Shown here piece by piece: positions 55,833 to 64,000 of a stretch of DNA of 64,000 bases. This DNA comes from Lingula anatina (taxonomy: Eukaryota > Animalia > Brachiopoda): the NCBI GenBank assembly GCA_051362555.1, contig CM120640.1, positions 70,906,788-70,970,787 on the forward strand, in the 5' to 3' direction. Both the position numbers and the translations under genes were made by a program. The notes under the pieces were generated by a model. It was not told the origin of the DNA. It saw nothing but the letters and a program-made list of their open reading frames with translations, and did not search any database. Position 1 is the stretch's first letter, and each line of letters starts with the position of its first letter.

Positions 55833-58800
55833 TCATCTCCCCCCACACAAAGCACCCTCCGCCTCCCCTTGTATGCTTTCTGGATTACTGACTCCCTGCT
55901 GTGTCCTCTCATCTCCTACAACTTGTTTGTCTAAAAGTTTTTCTTTTTCTTCTGTTTGTTTTGTGGTGGTCCTTCTGTCCGCTGTTTCCTCATTCTCACA
56001 AGTTTCAAAGCTTGTGGCTGTCGGTCGAACACTGTAGATAATGAGACCAACTACTATCACAGCAAAAGCCACAAAGTACAGGACATGAAACTGGAAAATA
56101 ATGAATTTTGTAGCTATTCTAGTATTTATATTATACACATCCCTTTTATACTTGCAAAAAAAAAAAAAAAACAGCAGACATAACGTGCCCTCACTAAAGA
56201 ATATTATCCATAAGTCACATTTTAAGTTCTTTTTTCTGTGATTTCAATTTGAAATTAACAAAAATTAAAGGAGCAATTTTAAAGTAGGGTCTTTTCATGC
56301 AGAGACCAATTAGCAGAGAGGAGGGAGAGGGGTAGAAAAGCAGAAGTTGCTTCTAAGTAGTACCAAGATCCTTTAGCTCCCCCCCCACCCCCCCATTCCC
56401 CCCAAGAACCTACACAAAAGAGCTATACCACATAATTATCAGATACAGTTAAAATATTGTAGCTCTTCAGCGTTCATTCAAGCTTACCTGATACTTGAAC
56501 AATAACAGACCAAAGAGTAAAACATAAAAATTTGTGGACAGAATGGAGAGATTCACAGAGGTGGCACTGGTGTATTTGATAACTACAGGCATGCTGGAGT
56601 AGAGCACAAACTGACACAGGACAAAACTGACCAATAGCAAATCTGGAATTGAAGAAAACTCTCTGATCAACCTGGTAATGATGGGTCCCATCATTAATTA
56701 AAATGCTTTTTAACAAATTAAAAAAAAAAAAGAATTTTCTTCAATATATAGTTTTTTAGCTTTTTAAAATAGTTTATATCATGTTAACAAAACATTTTTA
56801 TGTAAAGTCTTTATTTTCTTCACATTTTCCTACCTATGTGATATGAAGAGAAATCTATGCCTCTGACTTCATGGTGTTCTAAGATGGCACTGAAAAAAAT
56901 TGAAACATTCCATCTGAGATTAAGATAATTTTAAAATGTGAACATTCCAAATGACACTTAACTTATATGTTCAAATACACATACCAAAAAAATTATACAC
57001 CATGTTAATTACAATAGTTAAACCCAGTACAAATCTTTTACCCGATAAAAAGAATTTTATTATAGCAGAGTGTACATCAAATTAAAAGGAATATTTGAGT
57101 TAAACATATGAATGAAATTTATTCAAACTGAAACCTCACAAAGGTCCTTACAACTGAACACCATTGATGAAGCTCCCAAAAAGTCCAATCATGCCTAGAA
57201 ATTCCACCATGCCATGGCTGCGGACAGTCACCTCTTGGGCAACATTGGACACGCCATACAATGCAGCGCCACCTATGGTCATAATATCACCCTGCCACTG
57301 TCTGGGAGCTACGTAAGCCAGAAAGTGGTAGATATTTAAATCTTGATTTCAGTTTACTGATATAAGTGTGCGTGTGCGTGAGAGCGAGCTAAAGCTATAT
57401 TTCACATCACCTGCAAGGTCCCAAATTCTTCCTTTAAAAACATGAAACCTGCCATTTTAATGAATGACATTTCCCCAATTAAATAAACAGTACTCATTTG
57501 ATTAAAATTCTGTATAGGATTCAGCTTTGTGCACAAGTTTGGGTGTATAGGTCTCAGCGAATTAACCTCAGTATCTCCAAGTGTAAGGTGGAGAAGTGTG
57601 TATGGCAATATAGTCATATAACATGTCTCACCTGTATCTTGACTAGGATTGGCAAAACTGTCCACAGCCACCAAGCCTCCGCCGCCAGCGATACACAGCA
57701 GAACTCCGCAGATGTGAGTGGCCTGGAAGCGCACTTTTAGCACAGTCCAAGACAGCAGCATTACCACTGGGACACTGAAGCCATTAAGGAGCTGGAATGG
57801 ATGGAATGTCACTTATCTGATCAAAATGCTTCAATCTCTAGGAGAGCTTTGGGTGTGTGGATGGGTGGGTGGGTGGGTGGGTGGGTGGGCCCTTGGGGGC
57901 AGGTTGAATGAATTGCACTTTTGGCTGGGAAAAGATCCACAAGGAATCAAAATTTGACAGAACTTCTATGAACATATATAGGTTCCATTGTAAAAAGGTT
58001 CACTTTTAAAGATCTCCCCCCCTTTCAAAATGCTGGCAACAGCATGTTCAAGTTCCTCTGTTTTTGCTTACTTAGAATGCAAATCGGGAATTAAAACATC
58101 TGCGTCCTGAAAAGTAATATTTTCATTCACAACATAAAGCACAATTTTCATGCTGAAAAATCTGCAAATTGGTTGTTGATCTAATAAATTAAATAAATAT
58201 GAAAATAATAATTCACAGCAGTCAATGCCTACCTGTACACTGTTGACAGTGGTGTACCTATATGCACTGATTATTAGGTAATTAGCTTCCACATCAGCCA
58301 CTGCTACCAGAAAATACTTCCAGCCACGACTCCGGAGAACAGAGCAAATATTCTGATGTTCTTTCCTAGAAGCTAGGATGGAGCCATAGACTCCACCAAG
58401 AAGACAGTAACCAACAAATGATTGAGCTAAAAAAGAAATGAAAAAAAAAAAATTAATTAAAAAAAAAAAACGAGCGTCAGATAAAGTGTTCTTTTTTCAT
58501 GTCCCTATGAGGTCACATAATCATAAAATGGATAAGTTTATTATAAATAAAATATACATATACCTATTTCATTCCTATTTAACTTTTTTTATTTTTCAGC
58601 CTGTAACCCCAATAAACACGTTGCTACTTGAATCAAAATTTGTTGAGAACTTTTTAAAGCAATGTAAATACTCTTTTGTCACAAACAAATTAAAGGTAAA
58701 GAAAAAGCACTGATGAGACTTTTCCAACTTTTGTCAGAATTCCTTATTTTTCTGGGTCATTTGGGTCATTCTTGTGAAACGTGTACCCTGGACCCTTGGC

Positions 58801-60184
58801 CAATAAAGGGAACCGGAGAAGATCAGCATTGGTCAGAATTGTGCCGGAAGTGACGTGCAGTGGTGTTAGAAACGAAGCTGAGTGGTCATTTTAACATAGA
58901 GGTGAACGGCAGTGAAGACGGGTTGTCGGAGGAAAAAGAAGTTTTCTAAACAACATGGTAAGATAACACTTTTTCTTTACGCATTTTGGGCAGAGAAAAC
59001 TTGTAGAAATAATAAATGCATGATATGAAAACTTGACACGGAACTTGAAGGTGCAAAAATATATTGAAAAAAAGATGCAGCTGTGCACAGCAGTCGGAGA
59101 TCGGTACATTCCACTTGTTAGTTACGAACTACTTCCTGGTTTTCACAAGGTCCTTCAAGACCTCTAAAACATCGTTGTAATTGCAGCCCATACCATAAAA
59201 CACCCAAAAATACTTAGATATGGACATATCGGATTATATTAATGCCAAATTTCCACATGACAACGATTTATAGACTCCCGGGAATTATTTCCCCTTTACG
59301 CTTTTTGTCGCGCTGGCGGTCGACGCAGCATTTATTTCTAAACAAGTTGACCGCCAATTAAGCACGATTTTGCACCTTCAAGTTCCGTGTCACGTTTTCA
59401 TATCATGCATTTATTATTTCTACAAGTTTTCTCTGCCCAAAATGCGAAAAAAAAGAGAGTTATCTTACCATGTTGTTTAGAAAACTTCTTTTTCCTCCGA
59501 CAACCCGTCTTCACTGCCGTTCACCTCTATGTTAAAATGACCACTCAGCTTCGTTTCTAACACCACTGCAAGTCACTTCCGGCACAATTCTGACCAATGC
59601 TGATCTTCTCCGGTTCCCTTTATTTTTCTACTTTTCAGTGAGGACTGATCTCATCCCTGTATATTGTTTGGGAGTAATAACAGAGACATGACCATAACCA
59701 GAAGCTGAGTAATGACCTGTTGGGGCCTGTGTGTGATACCACTGCTGTAGCCCCCCACTACACACAGCCATGCCACAGAGCAGCAGGGACAGCCACTGAC
59801 CTAGTGCTACAGCCTTGCCTACAGACCTGCAGAAAATAAATTTATTACCTACAAAACACAATGAACTTTTTAACAAACTAGATGATGAAGTTGTTGCTTA
59901 CTGTTATTGGCAGATAAATTACTCGGTATAAGGCATTGACAGACCGTATTCGACCATGCGTGCAGAATCTGACTCGTTTTTCATCTAAAGGAAAGGAAAC
60001 ACTTTTAATTAAAAATGTCATCGCGTCCATTTTTGATTCGTACCTCCCAACTCCCATACAAAATTAATATCCTTACTCAGATGACGGTGACATATTTCAA
60101 TGACTATTAAATACATTAGTGTCGGGGGAAAACAGACATGTTGATAACATACGCCAGCGATGTTGCTTGCTGTGGCTGTGGCAT
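55833..60184 (-). CDS. SLC35F2: SLC35F1/SLC35F2-like transporter, 8 exons (first 60184-60153, last 56090-55833)
   Basis: [40 protein letters not shown]...[34 protein letters not shown]; splice phases checked at several junctions are consistent. Confidence 0.85.
58806..59620. mobile_element. Foldback element with ~250-bp near-perfect terminal inverted repeats in an SLC35F intron
   Basis: 58806-59058 is the reverse complement of 59368-59620 (AAGGGAACCGGAGAAG... / ...CTTCTCCGGTTCCCTT); TA on both sides. Confidence 0.9.
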
Positions 60185-60350
60185 CTTATTTCAACCTTTC
60201 TCCTCTCCACCTCCTCTCCACCACTCCCGCACACATGCCGTGACCTATTTAAATGTGCGCGCGCAATTTTAATTCGGTGTTGTTAATTTTTTCTACGCAA
60301 GTGGAAGCCGGGTTTTAAACAAAATTTATTTACTTTCTGTGCAACTCTAG
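60185..60350. promoter_or_regulatory. Probable bidirectional promoter SLC35F / ZUP1
   Basis: CpG-containing segment just upstream of the SLC35F ATG; a plus-strand donor TAG|GTAAAC at 60350 and an acceptor at ~62322 suggest a ZUP1 5' UTR exon. Confidence 0.45.
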
Positions 60351-60494
60351 GTAAACTTGTGTCAAGAGCTGATTTTAGCCATAAAGGACTTCTCCGAGTG
60401 TCAACTAGCTGTACGCTCGATCTCTTCTTGAGAGGTGACGAACTTTGCCAGGGTCAGCTACAGTACATGTACAACAGTTGTTCAAAGTGAAAGT

Positions 60495-60497
<3 letters not shown>

Positions 60498-60551
<54 letters not shown>
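60498..60551. repeat. (TA)n microsatellite
   Basis: Direct observation. Confidence 0.95.
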
Positions 60552-60557
<6 letters not shown>

Positions 60558-62395
60558 AATATAAGTGCACGGGTTATTACTTCACACATCTGATGAAATG
60601 CTGCCCTTAAAATCGTTGGTCTTAACCTAGTCTTCATGGTTCAACCTGATGTTATTCATCTGAGTGTGATCACTAATAGTAATACTACATGAAGTGTACA
60701 TGTGGGATGTAGTATATATACAGACTCGGGAAACATTTAATACAATTACCATATTCGGTGGCGGATTTAGAGGTGGGGGAGTCAGGGGGTGAAAAATATA
60801 ACACAACAATATTCCCCTCTTGAAATTAAAATGTTGACTAGCTAAACCATATGTATAGTTTTAAATTGCTTTTTGCCCGACTCTGTGTGTGTTTTTAACT
60901 GTACCAAAGGGCACCGTTTGCTCTCCAGAAAACCCAAAAATTTTCGGAGCCCTTGAAAAGGCCCCGACCCCCACACAAAGGGGGCAATGGTCAGCTTCGC
61001 ATCTGAGGTCTGTCATTCTAGACCCCCCCCCCCCCTTCAAATAATCCTGGATCCGCCCCTGATACTAAACATAAACTATATCTGGATGATTTCAGACATG
61101 TCAGAATATTGAACAATGCCAGTAAGAATGTTTTTACATTTTCTTTCTCATAGTCGAAATATGTTTAGCATTTGGCAAAATTTTACTGTAATTTTAGAGT
61201 AACCACAGACTTATAAAAGGTCTTATTTATACACGTATTAATTGCCTAATATAGTTTTATTGACAACCATGAAACCAATTACTAAAATGGTTGTCTATGC
61301 ATACTATGTTTAGGACACTAGTAATAATATTGATGTTATATTACTTCATGTTTTAACTTAGAGAAATTGGCCATAATGCCGGTACTTATATGATTGCAAA
61401 TTCTCTCAAAATACAGTGTTAATTGAATTAATGTTACCCAAGGCTCAAATGAAGTGATTGGATTATTAATTAAGAGATGTAAACAGAATTTATTGCCAGG
61501 TCAGTAATTCAATCTCAAAACATGACTTGTCACTGCTTGTTGTCACTAAATAGAAAAGGGAATAGAAAACAACTGATGATTCTCATACCTCAAAATAGAA
61601 TCAAATGAAATGAAAACAAAACTGATGAACTGAAATGACAGCTAATGAGTTTACCCAGAAATATGCTCTGTAATTCTATGCCATATGGTTGTATGTTTAA
61701 TACTGATCAGTAAGTGCACATATGTTTAAGTACTGGTAATTTTTTAATGTGTCCAATGTTTTTATGTACTAAAATTTTTTGCAGAGCATTTTCAAAATCA
61801 TTTTATGCTATTATTTTTTCCAATAATATTTTCGTCCCAGAAGAACCGTGTTATAGCTCATTGTAATGGAAGTAATAGCATTACAGTTTTGTCTGTGGCA
61901 GATATCACAACAACAGTTGCTATCCGTTTAGAAAAACAACATTGTCATAAAAGAGTTGATGCCAGAACACCTTTAATTAGAATAGAGCACTAAAATCTAT
62001 ACTTGGTTGATATGCATTGTAGAGCAATTCCAATATCATTCTCTTCCAAAGCTCATACATCATCCACATTAACAGAGGTGTTACTGCTGCACTAGGATAT
62101 GTCAGCACACTACGCTAATGATTTCACTTTGTTTGCTATTCTCCTAAACCCGGTGCTGTCCAGCTGGAATTTTGTATTTTAGTCCAAGGCAGCTTTAGCA
62201 TAGATCTTGGAGCAGTATTCCCCAGGTACTTGCAAGCTATTAACTGCAGCATAACGATTAGATGAACTGTCTGGAAGCTATAGACTGAACTGTACACTGC
62301 TCTTGCTTTTTTATTTCATCTAGTTATTCAGAAGAGCCACTGGAAAGTGACAGCTAGGATTGAAGGACTGATATCTGTGTATCTAACATTCTGGG

Positions 62396-63819
62396 ATGGC
62401 AGAAGGAGGAGAAAAGGCGCAGTTTACCTGTGAGATCTGTGGCCAGGAAGGGTTAAGTGAGGAAGACATGCGGTCCCATGTATTGATTGTACATGTGGAA
62501 GGCTCAGTATCGTGCCCATTTTGTGATATAGAGGGCAGTGCTGTTGACGAGATGAATTATCATATTAACATGGTTCATTTAGATTATTTGAGTCCATCAA
62601 AGGAGAGCAGAGGAGGAAACAATTCCACAGCGCAGAGCAGCCGCCCAGTCAGTAACGCAGACGACGTGGAGGAAATGCCGTGCTATGGGAAAAAAGCAAA
62701 AACAAAACAGACAGTGTCTGGTAGGGATTCCCCCCAGCTGCTGGTCAGTAGTCCAGTGAGACAAGGGTCAGAGATGACCAGGCAGGAGTCTTCTACCACC
62801 CCCAACCAGGCCAGTATGAGGGCCAGGCTGTACCTGGAGGTGCGGTCCCCAGGGGCTGGCAGCACCGACAGCTCTAACATGGACAGTGCCAGCGAAACCA
62901 GCACCGGGAGTGAACCCATGGACACAGCTCAAAGTTCAGACAGTGACAGTGGGGGTCAGCCATTCCACTGTCCACTCTGTGCATGGAGCACAAACTCTTC
63001 TGCTGAAATACAGCACCATGTGAACTTTCAACATGTGGATATCCTGAGCCCAGCCAACCCCAGGGGGAAGGGGCTCCTACAGGGGGGACTGGAGAATCAG
63101 AATGACATAAACATACCATCTACTAGTAGCAGTGGTGCCAAGGAACTGTTTGAGTGCCCACTGTGCGGGCTACACACACATACTGCTAATGCCTTAGAAG
63201 TGCATGTGAACATAAAACATAAAGATATATTGAGTCCAGAGGATGGGATGCTGAGAGCCCCAATAGCAGAGATTGAGGAGGATGACAGCCACTGTTGTCC
63301 TGTGTGTGGTATGGAGTTTGCATGTCTGGCCAGTTTAACGGCCCATGTAGACGGTCACTTTTCTGCTGCTCAGACACCAGGTACCAATATTTATTTAAAA
63401 GAAAATTTTCTAAGGAAAGGAAAGTGGTTGAAACGTAAATTGTTGGACTTCTTATATGGCTTTTTTTTATATAGAGTTTCACTCTAAAGTTCCTCATTTA
63501 CAAGGCCATTTGGGTAATTTTAAGAAGACATTTATACCAAGTTTCTGGAGGACTTTTTATTCAAATTGTAAATTAGATAAAGGAATAAATAATCACGAAT
63601 GGAAGAACTCCCAATATTTTTCACCCATAAGGAAATATCAGTGTTGTAATGAATTTGTGACCGTGCATATTTTATTGTATTAATTTGAAATTCCTAATGT
63701 CTGTCTTTGTTTCTTCTGAAGTAAATGGAGTGTCAGACAATGCCCTGGTACAAGACATTGAAAGAAAGGAGAAAGCTGCTCAACAATCTCTAGAACAAAA
63801 GGAGTTTGAAAGGTTACAG
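62396..63819 (+). CDS. ZUP1: Zinc finger-containing ubiquitin peptidase 1 (ZUFSP), 5' exons 62396-63380 and 63722-63819; continues beyond the window
   Basis: N-terminal CEICG...MRSHVLIVH and CPFC...HINMVH plus further C2H2/UBZ-like fingers; the next exon has EQKEFERLQ, as in the ZUP1 ubiquitin-binding helix region. Confidence 0.8.
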
Positions 63820-64000
63820 GTAAAAAAACACATTCATGTGTTGTCAAACCAATAAGCTAGATAATTTGATAGTGGAACTTACAGTGCTTTCATTACATAT
63901 ATAGAACAGAAGTATACAAAAGCCTACTTTTCAATTTTTTTGCTAGGGAACAACTTTTCTGCAATGTTTTAATTTTCAGAATTTATCTTTTTAAGTACCA

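Noticed and set aside
60766-61041. Short element with GGCGGAT / ATCCGCCCCTG ends (similar one at ~15730-15887)
   Set aside because: Probably a common MITE, but the ends are imperfect and no TSD could be confirmed.

Overview
Intron-rich animal genomic DNA, AT-rich with GT-AG introns. It is probably an invertebrate, plausibly a mollusc or other lophotrochozoan (inference from the repeat types). Seven recognisable spliced genes lie here, mostly in alternating orientation: the 3' end of afadin/canoe (+), RMI1 (-), a PDE10A-like GAF-GAF phosphodiesterase (+), SNX3/SNX12 (-), GDP-L-fucose synthase GFUS (+), an SLC35F1/F2-like transporter (-) and the 5' part of ZUP1 (+). There is also an unnamed Ig-domain membrane protein (-). 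Three head-to-head gene pairs are present. A ~16 kb nested transposon zone (38.6-55.2 kb) holds LINE, Harbinger, Ginger/KRBA-type integrase plus Ulp1, THAP, DIRS, BEL/Pao, mariner, hAT, piggyBac and Kolobok pieces. The most notable signals are: (1) two copies of a Helentron-type (HINE) element carrying a 146-bp satellite with perfect DR1 nuclear-receptor motifs; (2) tandem duplications of exon end plus splice donor in three unrelated genes; (3) a 4x DSGxxxS degron-like repeat in RMI1; (4) paired Asp->Asn changes in the SLC35F protein; (5) an hAT transposase with intact DDE residues fused in frame to a SWIM-type exon. All exon boundaries were read by eye; no database searches were run.
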